In this document: piece after piece, positions 17,527-26,761 of the stretch
Layout: each line of letters opens with the position of its first letter
Numbering within the stretch: position 1 is the first letter of the stretch
Assembly (NCBI GenBank): GCA_964460485.1
Contig: CAYWRY010000001.1
Location: 21,761-85,760, forward strand
Reading direction: 5' to 3'
DNA: 64,000 nucleotides
DNA from: an uncultured Spirochaetales bacterium
Lineage (GTDB): Bacteria > Myxococcota_A > UBA9160 > UBA6930
Program-made: the position numbers and the translations under genes
Notes under the pieces: model-generated
What the model saw: the letters and a program-made list of their open reading frames with translations, nothing else
Database searches by the model: none
What the model was told of the DNA's origin: nothing

Positions 17527-18833
17527 GCCAGCTTCTCCGGCTCGAGCAGGGCGCGCTCCAGTGCCCTGAGAAACACTGCACCGCGGTGGCCGTTGCTCAC
17601 GCGATGATCGGCGGCCAGCGTCGCCTGCACGATCGTGCGCACGCACAGTCCGCCCTCGCGATCCACCCACGGTCGCGGCGCAGGCGCGCCGAAGCCGACG
17701 ATCGCCACCTGCGGCGGGTAGATCACGGCGTGCACCGAGTCGACGCCGCCGTCACCGAGGCTCGTGACCGTGAGCGTTGCGCTCGCCATCTCCGAGGCGC
17801 GCAGCTTTCCGCTGCGCGCGCGCTCGCCGAGCTCGCGCAGCGCGCGCATCAACTCGCCGAGCGGCTTCGCGCCGGCGTCGAGGATCGCCGGCGCCACGAG
17901 GCCGCCGCCGCGCAGCGCGATCGCAACGCCCAGATGCAGCGCGGGCGCCGCGCGGAACGCGCCGCGCTCGTAGTGGCCGTTCAGCTCCGGCACCGCCGGC
18001 AGCGCCAGCGCGACGGCGCGTAGCAGCAGCGCCGCGGGCAGGATGCGCTCGGCAACCGGACGCTCGCGGTTGCGCGACTCGAGCCACGCGAGCGCGGGGG
18101 TGAGATCGAGGGCCGCGCTCAGGTAGTAGTGGGGGATCTCGCGCTTCGAGCGCTCCATCAGCGCCGCGATCACCCGCTGTCGCGAAGCGCTGCGGTCGGC
18201 GGCGGGCTGGGGCGGCGCAGAGGGGGGAGGAATCGGCGTCACTGCCTGCACGGCAGCGCTCCTGGGCGCGGCGCTTGCCGCCGCACGCACGTCGTCGGCG
18301 GTGATCGCGCCGCCGGGCCCGCTTCCGGCGAGGCGCGCAAGCTCGACGCTCAGCTCGCTCGCGAGGCGTCGCGCGAGGGGCGTCGCGTGCAGACGTTCGC
18401 CCGTCGGCGTCGCGCCGGCTGGCGGTGCGGGCCGGCGCGCGCCGAGCGGCGGCGGCGCGTCTGCGCGAAGCGGCGCGCCCAGGGGCGGCGGTGCTGCCGC
18501 CGCGGGAACTGCGGCCGCACGCGCGGGCTCGGGCGCTGCGGCGATCGCCCCGGGCGCCGTCGCTCGCGCGGCGCCCCCGCCGCGAATCAGCGCCAGCGGC
18601 CCGCCGACGGGCACCTTGTCGCCGACGGACGCGATCAGCCGCTCGACCACGCCGTCGTCGAAGATCTCCACCTCCATCTCGGCCTTCTCGGTCTCCACGT
18701 CGACGACGATGTCGCCGCGGGCGACGCGATCGCCGGGCGCGACGCGCCAAGCGAGGACGGTGCCCGTCTCCATGTCCGCGCCGAGCGAGGGCATCAGGAA
18801 CTCGCGCGTCGCGGCGGCGCTCGCCTCAGCCAC
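17523..18833 (-). CDS. 2-oxoacid dehydrogenase E2 (dihydrolipoamide acyltransferase)
   Basis: Full ORF, 436 aa. Lipoyl domain [13 protein letters not shown], an Ala/Pro linker, an E3-binding-like segment and the catalytic DHRVSNG. Confidence 0.9.
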   Translation of the reverse strand: MAEASAAATREFLMPSLGADMETGTVLAWRVAPGDRVARGDIVVDVETEKAEMEVEIFDDGVVERLIASVGDKVPVGGPLALIRGGGAARATAPGAIAAAPEPARAAAVPAAAAPPPLGAPLRADAPPPLGARRPAPPAGATPTGERLHATPLARRLASELSVELARLAGSGPGGAITADDVRAAASAAPRSAAVQAVTPIPPPSAPPQPAADRSASRQRVIAALMERSKREIPHYYLSAALDLTPALAWLESRNRERPVAERILPAALLLRAVALALPAVPELNGHYERGAFRAAPALHLGVAIALRGGGLVAPAILDAGAKPLGELMRALRELGERARSGKLRASEMASATLTVTSLGDGGVDSVHAVIYPPQVAIVGFGAPAPRPWVDREGGLCVRTIVQATLAADHRVSNGHRGAVFLRALERALLEPEKLA

Positions 18834-19806
18834 GGCGGCCGACCGTGGCCTCAGCGGCTGCGACGATCCGCGCGACGGAGGGAAGCGCGGCGTCCTCGAG
18901 GTGCTTCGCGTACGGCACCGGCACTTCGGCGCTGCACACGCGCGCGACTGGGGCGTCGAGCTCGAAGAACGCCCGCTCCTGGATGCGCGCCGCGATCTCC
19001 GCCGAGAGGCTGCCGCTGCGCCAGCCCTCGTCGACGACCACGGCGCGGTGAGTGCGCGCCACCGCCGCGAGGATCGCCGGCTCGTCGAGCGGCCGGAGCG
19101 AGCGCAGGTCGAGCACGCGCGCGGAGATGCCGCGCTGCGCGAGCGCTGCCGCGGCCTCGAGCGTCTTCGGCAGCGAGCTGCCGTAGCTGATCAGCGCCAC
19201 GTCGTCGCCTTCGCGCCGGATGCGCGCGTCGTGGATCGAGACCGGTCCAGCGTCCTCGGGCAGCTCGCCCTCGGCGTTCAGCAGCGCGGTGGCTTCGAAG
19301 ATCAGCACGGGGTTCGGATCGCGCAGCGCGGTGGCGAGCATGCCGTAGGCGTCCTCGTGGGTTCCCGGCGCGAGCACCTTGATGCCGGGAATGTGCGCGT
19401 ACCAGCCTTCGAGACTGTGGGAGTGCTGCGCGGCGAGCTGGCGGCCGCCCCCGGTCGCCATGCGGATCACGAGCGGCACCGCGAGCTGGCCGCCGGACAT
19501 GTGCAGCAGCGTCGCCGCGTTGTTCACGATCTGGTCGAGCGCCAGGAGGCTGAAGTTCACGGTCATGATCTCGACGATCGGGCGCATGCCGTTCAAGGCC
19601 GCGCCGATGCCGGCGCCGACGAAGGCGGACTCGGAGAGCGGCGTGTCGCGCACGCGCTCCGGGCCGAACTCGGCGAGCAGCCCCTTGCTCACCGCGAAGC
19701 AGCCGCCGTAGGCGCCCACGTCCTCGCCCATCAAGAAGACGCGCTCGTCGCGCGCGAGCGCCTCGCGCAGCCCGCGCCGCAGCGCCTCGCGGTAGCTGAG
19801 CTTCAC
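18826..19806 (-). CDS. 2-oxoacid dehydrogenase E1 beta subunit
   Basis: C-terminal 326 aa of ORF 18826..20892. GTG at 19806 (GTGA overlap) with GGAGG upstream. Contains [15 protein letters not shown] and [20 protein letters not shown]. Confidence 0.9.
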   Translation of the reverse strand: MKLSYREALRRGLREALARDERVFLMGEDVGAYGGCFAVSKGLLAEFGPERVRDTPLSESAFVGAGIGAALNGMRPIVEIMTVNFSLLALDQIVNNAATLLHMSGGQLAVPLVIRMATGGGRQLAAQHSHSLEGWYAHIPGIKVLAPGTHEDAYGMLATALRDPNPVLIFEATALLNAEGELPEDAGPVSIHDARIRREGDDVALISYGSSLPKTLEAAAALAQRGISARVLDLRSLRPLDEPAILAAVARTHRAVVVDEGWRSGSLSAEIAARIQERAFFELDAPVARVCSAEVPVPYAKHLEDAALPSVARIVAAAEATVGRRG

Positions 19807-20777
19807 GACGCCTCCGCGAGCACGAAGCGCTCGAGATCTTCGAGCGGCTCGAGCGGCGCGGCCTCCGCGAAGGCAACCGCGTCGGCGAGCTCGCCGGCGA
19901 TCTCGCGCTCCAGGGCTTCCTGGGCGGCGTCGTCCCAGGCGCCGGCCGCGCGAAGGGACGCCGCGAGCGCCGCGATCGGATCGCGCCGCTTCCACTGCTC
20001 GACCTCGGCCTTGTCTCGGTAGAGCTCGGGGTCGTACATCGAGTGCGCGCGGAAGCGATAGGTGCGCAGCTCGAGGAAGCACGGCGCGCCGCCGCGCGCA
20101 TAGGCGACCGCGCGTCGGGCCGCCGCGTCCACGGCGAGCGCATCCATGCCGTCGACGCTCCACGCGGGCATCTCGTAGCTCGCCGCCTTGATCGCGAGAT
20201 TCGTCTCCGACTCCGAGCGCGCGAGCGCGGTGCCCATCGCATAGAGATTGTTCTCGCAGCAGAAAACCACCGGCAGCTGCCAGAGCGCGGCGAGGTTCAT
20301 GGACTCGTGGAACTCGCCCTCGGCCATCGCACCCTCGCCGAAGAAGCAGGCGGTCACGCAGGGCCGCGCGCGCATGCGGTCGGCGAGCGCGATGCCGACT
20401 GCGAGTGGGATCCCGCCGCCCACGATCGCGTTGCCGCCGTAGAAGCGCTTCGACGCGTCGAACAGGTGCATCGAGCCGCCGCGCCCGCGGCTGCAGCCGG
20501 CAACCTTGCCGAACATCTCCGCCATCAGCGCGCGCATGGAGAGGCCGCGCGCGAGCGCGTGGCCGTGCTCGCGGTAGGTGGAGACGACCCCATCCTCCGC
20601 CGCGAGCGCGCCCATCACGCCGGCCGCGACCGCCTCTTCGCCCACGTACAGGTGCAGGAAGCCGCGGATCTTGCTCGCGGAGTAGAGCTCCGCGCACTTC
20701 TCCTCGAAGCGCCGGATGCGCAGCATCTCGCGCAGCAGCGCGCGCCCGCGCTCGCTCGCGCCGGCGGGCGCGCTCAC
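19803..20777 (-). CDS. 2-oxoacid dehydrogenase E1 alpha subunit (TPP-dependent)
   Basis: C-terminal 324 aa of ORF 19803..21755. GTG at 20777 (GTGA overlap). Contains [19 protein letters not shown] and the TPP motif [33 protein letters not shown]. Confidence 0.9.
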   Translation of the reverse strand: MSAPAGASERGRALLREMLRIRRFEEKCAELYSASKIRGFLHLYVGEEAVAAGVMGALAAEDGVVSTYREHGHALARGLSMRALMAEMFGKVAGCSRGRGGSMHLFDASKRFYGGNAIVGGGIPLAVGIALADRMRARPCVTACFFGEGAMAEGEFHESMNLAALWQLPVVFCCENNLYAMGTALARSESETNLAIKAASYEMPAWSVDGMDALAVDAAARRAVAYARGGAPCFLELRTYRFRAHSMYDPELYRDKAEVEQWKRRDPIAALAASLRAAGAWDDAAQEALEREIAGELADAVAFAEAAPLEPLEDLERFVLAEAS

Positions 20778-22528
20778 GACTCCGGCTCCAGGGTCGAGAG
20801 GTCGCCTTCGGGCAGGCCGAGCTCGCGCGCCTTGAGCAGGCGGCGCAGCACCTTGCCGCTGCGCGTCTTCGGCAGCGCGTCGACGAAGGCAATCTCCTTC
20901 GGCGCCACCGCGGGCCCGAGCCGCGCGCGCGCGAAGCCGAGCAGCTCGCGAAGCAGCGCCTCGCTCGGGGCGACGCCCGGCCGCAGGGCGACGAAGGCCT
21001 TGATCACCGCGCCGGCGATCGGGTCGGGCTTCCCGATCACGCCGGCCTCGAGCACGGCCGGGTGAGCCATCAGCGCGCTCTCCACCTCGAAGGGGCCGAC
21101 GAGGTGCCCGGAGGACTTGATCACGTCGTCCGCCCGGCCCACGAACCAGTAGTAACCGTCGGCGTCGGCGCGCACGAGGTCGCCGGACAGGTACCAGCCG
21201 TCCGCGAAGCACTTGCGGTAGCGCTCCTCCTCGCCCAGGTAGGCGCGGAACATCGACGGCCAGCCCGCGCGCAGCGCGAGCTCGCCCTGCGCATCCGGCT
21301 CCGTCAGCACGCGCACCCGGTCGCCCTCGCGCGCGATCACGGCGGCCTCGATCCCCGGCAGCGGCTTGCCCATCGAGCCGGGCTTGATCGGGAGCGCCGC
21401 GTAGTTCGCGACCATGATCCCGCCGGTTTCCGTTTGCCACCAGTTGTCGTGGATGGGCAGCCCGAACGCCTCGATGCCCCAGTGCACGGCCTCGGGGTTC
21501 AGCGGCTCGCCTACGCTCGCAACGAAGCGCAGCGCCGGCAGCCGTCGCTCGCGCGCGAGCGCGCTGCCCGCCTTGATCAGCATGCGCACCGCGGTGGGCG
21601 CCGTGTACCAGACGCTCACGCGCTCGCGCTCCAGCGTCTCGTACCAGCGGCGCGGCTCGAACTCGGCTTCGTCGACGATGGACGTGAGGCCGAGCGCGAG
21701 CGGCGCCACGATTCCGTAAGAAGTGCCCGTCACCCAGCCGGGATCGGCCGTGCACCAGAACACGTCGCCGGGCTGGAGGTCGAGGGCGAAGCGCGCCGTC
21801 GCCACGTGCGCAACGACCGCTTCGTGCACGTGCAGGGCGCCCTTCGGCTTGCCCGTGGTGCCGCTGGTGAAGTGCAGCAGGGCCGGGTCCTCGGGCCGCG
21901 TGGGTGCGATCGCATGCTCCGGCTTCTCCGCCGCGAGCAGTGCGTCGAGATCGAGCGTGCCCGGCGGCAGCGTCTCGCCGGGAGCGCAGCCCGCGAGCAG
22001 CACGTGGGCGAGCCCCGGCACGCGCGCTCGGATGGGCGCGACCTTGCGCGCGTAGAGAGCGGGGGTCGTGACGAGCACGCGGCCGTCGCCGAGCGCGAGC
22101 CGCTGCTGGACCGGCTCGGGGCCGAACGCCGAGAACATCGGGCAGAAGACCGCGCGCTGGCGGAGCGCTCCGAGCGCCGCGACGTAGAGCGCCGGGATCC
22201 GGCCCGCGAGCGTGAAGACGCGCTCGCCCGGGGCGACGCCCAGCCGCGCCAGCAGGTTCGCGAAGCGGGCCGCGTACCCCGTCAGCTCGCGGAACGTGAG
22301 GTCCCGCGGCGCGCCGCTCTTGGGCAGCCAGCGCAGCGCCACGCGGTTCGCGTTCGCTCCGCCGGCGTGCCGGTCGAGCGCCTCGTGAGCGATGTTGAGG
22401 CCCGCGCCGCCGGGCAGCCCGTCGAGCAGGCTCCGCGCGTCACTCCAGCGGAAACGCGCGCGCTCTCGCTCGTAATCGGCGAGGTTGGGCGGACGCACCA
22501 GGGACTTCTCGATCGTTCCGGACGCCAC
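20774..22528 (-). CDS. AMP-forming acyl/acetyl-CoA synthetase
   Basis: Full ORF, 584 aa, GTG start. Contains [27 protein letters not shown] and [11 protein letters not shown]. Confidence 0.9.
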   Translation of the reverse strand: MASGTIEKSLVRPPNLADYERERARFRWSDARSLLDGLPGGAGLNIAHEALDRHAGGANANRVALRWLPKSGAPRDLTFRELTGYAARFANLLARLGVAPGERVFTLAGRIPALYVAALGALRQRAVFCPMFSAFGPEPVQQRLALGDGRVLVTTPALYARKVAPIRARVPGLAHVLLAGCAPGETLPPGTLDLDALLAAEKPEHAIAPTRPEDPALLHFTSGTTGKPKGALHVHEAVVAHVATARFALDLQPGDVFWCTADPGWVTGTSYGIVAPLALGLTSIVDEAEFEPRRWYETLERERVSVWYTAPTAVRMLIKAGSALARERRLPALRFVASVGEPLNPEAVHWGIEAFGLPIHDNWWQTETGGIMVANYAALPIKPGSMGKPLPGIEAAVIAREGDRVRVLTEPDAQGELALRAGWPSMFRAYLGEEERYRKCFADGWYLSGDLVRADADGYYWFVGRADDVIKSSGHLVGPFEVESALMAHPAVLEAGVIGKPDPIAGAVIKAFVALRPGVAPSEALLRELLGFARARLGPAVAPKEIAFVDALPKTRSGKVLRRLLKARELGLPEGDLSTLEPES

Positions 22529-22540
22529 GGCCTGGCGCGG

Positions 22541-22556
22541 AGCAAGCCGCGTACCG
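22541..22556 (-). promoter_or_regulatory. sigma-54 promoter candidate for the acs-E1-E2-ACP operon
   Basis: Minus strand reads CGGTACGCGGCTTGCT with exact spacing and a perfect -12. Only 13 nt lie between the GC and the GTG at 22528, so the transcript would be essentially leaderless. Confidence 0.55.
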
Positions 22557-22659
22557 GCCGCGCTGGCTCCTGTGCGGAGCGGGCGTCCTCGGGCAAGGGA
22601 TCCGGATCGGCGCCCGGGGCGACCTGCCCCGGCTCAGGGCGATCGCGAGGCGCGCCGTC

Positions 22660-23214
22660 TCACCAGCGGCGGACGCGACCCACGTCAATGTGGACGAAGC
22701 TCGGGCCGGGGTAGAAGCCGACGCCGCCGCCGCCCAGCCCGAGCGCGACGTCCCGCAGCGTCTGCAATTCGCAGCCCGGCAGCCGCACGTCGATGGCTTG
22801 TCCGACCATGTGAAGGCTGCGCCGCGCGACGCCTCCGCTGCGCGCCGCCAGCGCCGAGTTCGTCGCCGCCGAGCGATAGCCGGAGATCACGTGAAACGCC
22901 TCGCGCGACTCGAGCTGTGTGTGGAGGCGATGGAGCAGGTCGAGCAGGCGCAAGTCGATCGCGTGGACGTCGCCCGAGTAGTGGTCGCGCAGCAGGTGGT
23001 CGATGGCGGCGAGTCCCTCGCGCACCGGCTGGCCGCCAGCCCAGTAGACGACGCGGCCGCGCTCGCCAGTGTGCGTGTGGAAGAAGGCGAGGGCGCGCTC
23101 GTCCGCTGGGGCGGCGCGCACGGCGCGCGGGACCACGAGCGCGGCAGCGCCCAGCGCGGCGTCGCGCAGGAGCGCGCGCCGCGAGAGCGAGGCGCCGGGA
23201 AGCTCGTCCGTCAC
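22660..23214 (-). CDS. DUF882 / peptidase M15A (YcbK/MepK-like) with Tat signal
   Basis: Full ORF, 184 aa, GTG start (GTGA overlap). Contains SRRALLRDAALGAAALVVP, SGYRSAATN and HMVGQAIDV. Confidence 0.85.
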   Translation of the reverse strand: MTDELPGASLSRRALLRDAALGAAALVVPRAVRAAPADERALAFFHTHTGERGRVVYWAGGQPVREGLAAIDHLLRDHYSGDVHAIDLRLLDLLHRLHTQLESREAFHVISGYRSAATNSALAARSGGVARRSLHMVGQAIDVRLPGCELQTLRDVALGLGGGGVGFYPGPSFVHIDVGRVRRW

Positions 23215-24149
23215 GAGCAGGGTCCCCCCAGCGCGCCGAGCGTCACGTCGATGGCGACGCCTTCCTGCGCCCCCAGCACTTCTCTCGCACGCGCCCAGTC
23301 GATTCGCTTCGTCAGGCCGTTCTCAGCGGCGAGCAGCTCGAGGCGCGCCGGCGCGCGTTCGCTCCGGCGATAGGCATCGGGGTGCACCTCGAGGCACACG
23401 CGCCCGTCGGCGAGCGCGCCCAGCAGCAGCGGCTCGTACACGATCGTCACCGTCTCGCCGAGGGGCGTACGCTCGTAGAGCGCCGCCGCGTCGTCCGGAT
23501 GCAGGCGGATGCAGCCGTGGGTGCGGAGCGCGTAGACGCTCGCGGGCGCGTTGGTGCCGTGAATGCCGCAGCTCGACCGCGACAGCCCGAGCCAGTGGCG
23601 GCCGAGCGGATTCTCGGGACCGGGCGGAACGATCGTCTTCACGGGCTTCCCCTCGCGGCGCATCTCGTCCTGGATCGAGAGCGGGACGATCCACGGCTTG
23701 TCGGTCGCGCGCGCCTCGATCTCGAACTCGCCGATCGGCGTGCGCCAGCTTGGCCGTCCCGCGGCGACGGGGTACGCGGCGACCACCGCCCCTCGGCGGC
23801 GCTGGAAGAGCATGCGTTGCGGCACGTTGATCAGGATCGCGTCGGCGGAGAGCATCGCCGTGACCGCCGGCACGAGGTGCGGATTCTCGACGCGCAGCGT
23901 CTGGCCGAGGGCGAGGCGCGCGTCCGCGGCGAGTCCGTTTGCGCGGGCGAGGGCGGGCACCGACACACCGAAACGCGCGGCCACGCTCGTCAGGGAGTCG
24001 CCCGCCGCCGCCGCGACCTCGTGCACGCCGCCCATGCGCTCGCGCGCGAGGGACGGCGCCGCGGCCGGCTCCAGCACGGATGCGCGCGCGCTCCCGCACA
24101 GCGCGAGGCCGGCGAGGAGCAGCGACGCCATGCGCCGCGCCGGTCTCAC
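23211..24149 (-). CDS. L,D-transpeptidase (YkuD) with LysM domain
   Basis: Full ORF, 312 aa. GTG at 24149 gives a GTGA overlap; an alternative ATG lies at 24131. Has a signal peptide, LysM HEVAAAAGDSLTSVAARFGVSVPALARANGL and the catalytic THGCIRL. Confidence 0.85.
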   Translation of the reverse strand: MRPARRMASLLLAGLALCGSARASVLEPAAAPSLARERMGGVHEVAAAAGDSLTSVAARFGVSVPALARANGLAADARLALGQTLRVENPHLVPAVTAMLSADAILINVPQRMLFQRRRGAVVAAYPVAAGRPSWRTPIGEFEIEARATDKPWIVPLSIQDEMRREGKPVKTIVPPGPENPLGRHWLGLSRSSCGIHGTNAPASVYALRTHGCIRLHPDDAAALYERTPLGETVTIVYEPLLLGALADGRVCLEVHPDAYRRSERAPARLELLAAENGLTKRIDWARAREVLGAQEGVAIDVTLGALGGPCS

Positions 24150-24613
24150 TTCGGCGGAGCGGCGGGTGCGGCGGCGGCCTTCTCGGGCTGGCCTGCGAGC
24201 GCGCGGCTCGCGTCCTCGAGCGCGCGATCGAGGGTCGTCACCTCGTCCACGTCGCCGCGCCGGATCTGGTCCGCGAGCTGGCTAAGCGCTTTCTCGGCGG
24301 TCTCGAGGCGCCGCCGGTCCTCGCCGGCGCTGCGCTGCGCGAAGTAAGCGAAGCCGACCGCCGCCTTCTCCAGCTCGTCGGCGGCATAGCTGCGCCGGTC
24401 CTTCACGAAGCCGCGCCGCGCGCGGGTCATGTGCACGTCAGGTTCCTGAACCCTCACGAAGGTCTCGTGCTGCCGGATGAACACCTTGTCGCTGCCGATG
24501 AACCAGCGCTTGGTGTCCGCGTGGGCGTCAGCGCCCGGCAGGAGCGCGAGTCCGAGTCCGAGGGCGGCCGCGCGCAGGAGAGCGGTTCGGGAAGGTCGAA
24601 TCGGCATGGTCAT
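24146..24613 (-). CDS. secreted hypothetical protein
   Basis: C-terminal 155 aa of ORF 24146..25003. MTMPIRPSRTALLRAAALGLGLALLPGADAHA signal, with GGAGG 7 nt upstream. Helical, acidic/basic, Ala/Pro tail. No family recognised. Confidence 0.6.
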   Translation of the reverse strand: MTMPIRPSRTALLRAAALGLGLALLPGADAHADTKRWFIGSDKVFIRQHETFVRVQEPDVHMTRARRGFVKDRRSYAADELEKAAVGFAYFAQRSAGEDRRRLETAEKALSQLADQIRRGDVDEVTTLDRALEDASRALAGQPEKAAAAPAAPPK

Positions 24614-24645
24614 CTCGAATCCTCCACTGACATCGAACCGCTTCC

Positions 24646-24661
24646 AGCAAGGTTCGTTCCG
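24646..24661 (-). promoter_or_regulatory. sigma-54 promoter candidate for the hypothetical-ldt-DUF882 operon
   Basis: Minus strand reads CGGAACGAACCTTGCT with exact spacing and a perfect -12 TTGCT. There are 33 nt to the start at 24613. Confidence 0.5.
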
Positions 24662-24723
24662 TCTCCGCTGGCTCCCCGGATGGCGCCACCGGGCGGGCCG
24701 CGCGCCCCGAGCCGAGGTCGAGT

Positions 24724-24739
24724 CGGCATGGCCGATGCA
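24724..24739 (+). promoter_or_regulatory. sigma-54 promoter candidate for the PRT-malic enzyme operon
   Basis: CGGCATGGCCGATGCA. There are 26 nt to the ATG at 24765, with AGGAGG at 24753-24758. Divergent from 24646..24661. Confidence 0.55.
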
Positions 24740-24764
24740 CAATCGCCCGCGCAGGAGGGCGCGC

Positions 24765-25409
24765 ATGTTCGAGAACCGCAGCGACGCGGGCCGCCAGCTC
24801 GCGAGGCGCCTCGCTCGCTTCCGGGGCCACGACGTCGTCGTGCTCGCCCTCCCGCGTGGCGGCGTGCCGGTCGCGTTCGAGGTTGCGCAGGCGCTCGGCG
24901 CTCCCCTCGATTTGCTGCTCGTACGAAAGCTCGGCGCGCCGGGGCACCCGGAGCTCGCCGCCGGTGCGATCGTGGACGGCGAGACGCTCGAGATCGTCGC
25001 CAACGAGGACGTGCTGCGGCTGACGGGTGCGGACCACGCGTTTCTCGAGCGCGTCGCGCAGCGCGAGCTCGCCGAGCTGGAGCGCCGCCGCGCGCTGTAC
25101 TTGGGCGCGCGGCCGCCGCTCGCGGTGAAGGGCCGGACGGCGATCGTCGTCGACGACGGCGTGGCGACCGGTGCGACGGTGCGCGCCGCGCTGCGGGGCC
25201 TGCGCCGGCGCGCGCCCGCGCGCGTCGTGCTCGCCGTGCCGGTGGCTGCGCCGGAGGCGCTCGCGTCGCTCGCCGCCGAAGCGGACGAGACCGAGTGCCT
25301 CGAGGCGCCCGCGAGCTTCGGCGCCGTGGGCTCCTTCTACCGCGACTTCCGCCAGACCGGCGACGCGGAGGTGATCGCGCTGCTGGAGCGCGCAGCGAAG
25401 CCGGCATGA
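24765..25409 (+). CDS. phosphoribosyltransferase-family protein
   Basis: C-terminal 214 aa of ORF 24477..25409. Contains MFENRSDAGRQLARRL...VVVLALPRGGVPVA and the PRPP-binding loop AIVVDDGVATGAT. Confidence 0.8.
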   Translation: MFENRSDAGRQLARRLARFRGHDVVVLALPRGGVPVAFEVAQALGAPLDLLLVRKLGAPGHPELAAGAIVDGETLEIVANEDVLRLTGADHAFLERVAQRELAELERRRALYLGARPPLAVKGRTAIVVDDGVATGATVRAALRGLRRRAPARVVLAVPVAAPEALASLAAEADETECLEAPASFGAVGSFYRDFRQTGDAEVIALLERAAKPA

Positions 25410-26761
25410 GCGAACGCGAACCGGCGCCGCAGCCCGAGCTCGAGACGCCCACGCAGGCCGCACTGCGCCTCGGTCCGCTCTACCGTGGCAAGCTGCAGAC
25501 GGTGCCGAAGGTGCCGGTGCGCGGGCTCGGCGACTTCGCGCTCTGGTACACGCCGGGCGTCGCCGCGCAGTCGCGCGCGGTCGCGGCGCAGCCGGCGCTC
25601 GTCTTCGAGCACACCAACAAGTCGAACCTCGTGGCGGTCGTCTCCGACGGGACGCGCGTGCTCGGCCTGGGCGACATCGGCCCGCTCGCGGCGCTGCCCG
25701 TGATGGAGGGCAAGGCGCTCCTGTTTCGCGTGCTGGGCGGCGTCGACGCGGTCGCGCTGTGCCTCGACACCAAGGACCCCGACGAGCTGGTGCGCACGGT
25801 CGAGATTCTCGCGCCCTCCTTCGGCGGCGTGAACCTCGAGGACATCGCGCAGCCGAAGTGCTTCGACGTGCTGGCGCGGCTGCGCGAGCGGCTCGACGTC
25901 CCCGTCTGGCACGACGACCAGCAGGGCACGGCGACCGTCGTGCTCGCGGCCGTGCGCGCGGCGCTGCGGGTCGTCGGCAAGCGCCTCGCCGACGCGAAGC
26001 TCGCGTTCGTCGGCTGCGGCGCCGCGAACACGGCCAGCGTACGGCTGCTGCGCGTGGCGGGCGCCGACCCGCGCGCGATGGTGATCTGCGACCGCAGCGG
26101 CGTGCTGCACCCGCTGCGCTCCGATCTCGACGCGCTGCGCGCGCGGGCTCCGCACAAGTGGGAGCTCGCGCACGTCACCAACGCCGAGCGCGTCACCGGC
26201 GGTGTGCGCGAAGCGCTGCGGGGCGCGGACGTGTGCATCGCGTTCAGCGAAGCGCGGCCCGGCGTGATCCGCCCCGAGTGGGTCGGCGAGATGGCGCGCG
26301 ATGCCGTGGTGTTCGCGTGCGCCAACCCGGAGCCGGAGATCTGGCCCGCCGACGCGCTCGCGGCCGGAGCGCGCATCGTGGCGACGGGCCGCAGCGACTT
26401 CGCCAACCAGCTCAACAACTCGCTGGTCTTCCCCGGCATGTTCCGCGGCGCGCTCGACGTGCAAGCGCGTGCGATCAGCGAGGGCATGGCGCTCGCCGCG
26501 GCCGAGGCGCTGGAGCGGCTCGCGGAGGGACGCGGCCTGCGCGAGGGCCGCATCCTGCCGCTGGTCACCGACGAGGAGACCGCGGTGCGCGTGGCCGTCG
26601 CGGCCGGGGGCGCGGCTTGCGCCGAAGGGCTCGCGCTCGCGCCGAAGGACGAAGCGGAGCGGGGCCGCGAGGCGCGCCGCGCGATCGGCGACGCGCGCGC
26701 GCAGCTGGACGCGCTCGTCGCCGCGGGCCTCGTGCGGCTGCCGGAGCACGCCCCGCGTTAG
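25406..26761 (+). CDS. NAD(P)-dependent malic enzyme (short form)
   Basis: C-terminal 451 aa of ORF 23939..26761. ATGA overlap with the upstream stop. Contains LYTPGVA, VVSDGTRVLGLGDIG, PVMEGKALLF, NLEDI, DDQQGTA and NNSLVFPG. Confidence 0.9.
   Translation: MSEREPAPQPELETPTQAALRLGPLYRGKLQTVPKVPVRGLGDFALWYTPGVAAQSRAVAAQPALVFEHTNKSNLVAVVSDGTRVLGLGDIGPLAALPVMEGKALLFRVLGGVDAVALCLDTKDPDELVRTVEILAPSFGGVNLEDIAQPKCFDVLARLRERLDVPVWHDDQQGTATVVLAAVRAALRVVGKRLADAKLAFVGCGAANTASVRLLRVAGADPRAMVICDRSGVLHPLRSDLDALRARAPHKWELAHVTNAERVTGGVREALRGADVCIAFSEARPGVIRPEWVGEMARDAVVFACANPEPEIWPADALAAGARIVATGRSDFANQLNNSLVFPGMFRGALDVQARAISEGMALAAAEALERLAEGRGLREGRILPLVTDEETAVRVAVAAGGAACAEGLALAPKDEAERGREARRAIGDARAQLDALVAAGLVRLPEHAPR

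Noticed and set aside
2377-22606. The palindromic hexamer TCCGGA in four promoter-upstream regions (2377, 3501, 6543, 22601), considered as a possible enhancer half-site.
   Set aside because: Distances to the -24 element vary widely (about 15 to 80 nt). It is absent from most other promoter regions, and a 6-mer is too short to distinguish from chance without a statistical scan.
26758-26761. Overlapping convergent stop codons of the malic enzyme (+) and the P-type ATPase (-).
   Set aside because: The overlap is real in the sequence. It is probably just tight packing, and I see no evidence of a functional antisense interaction.
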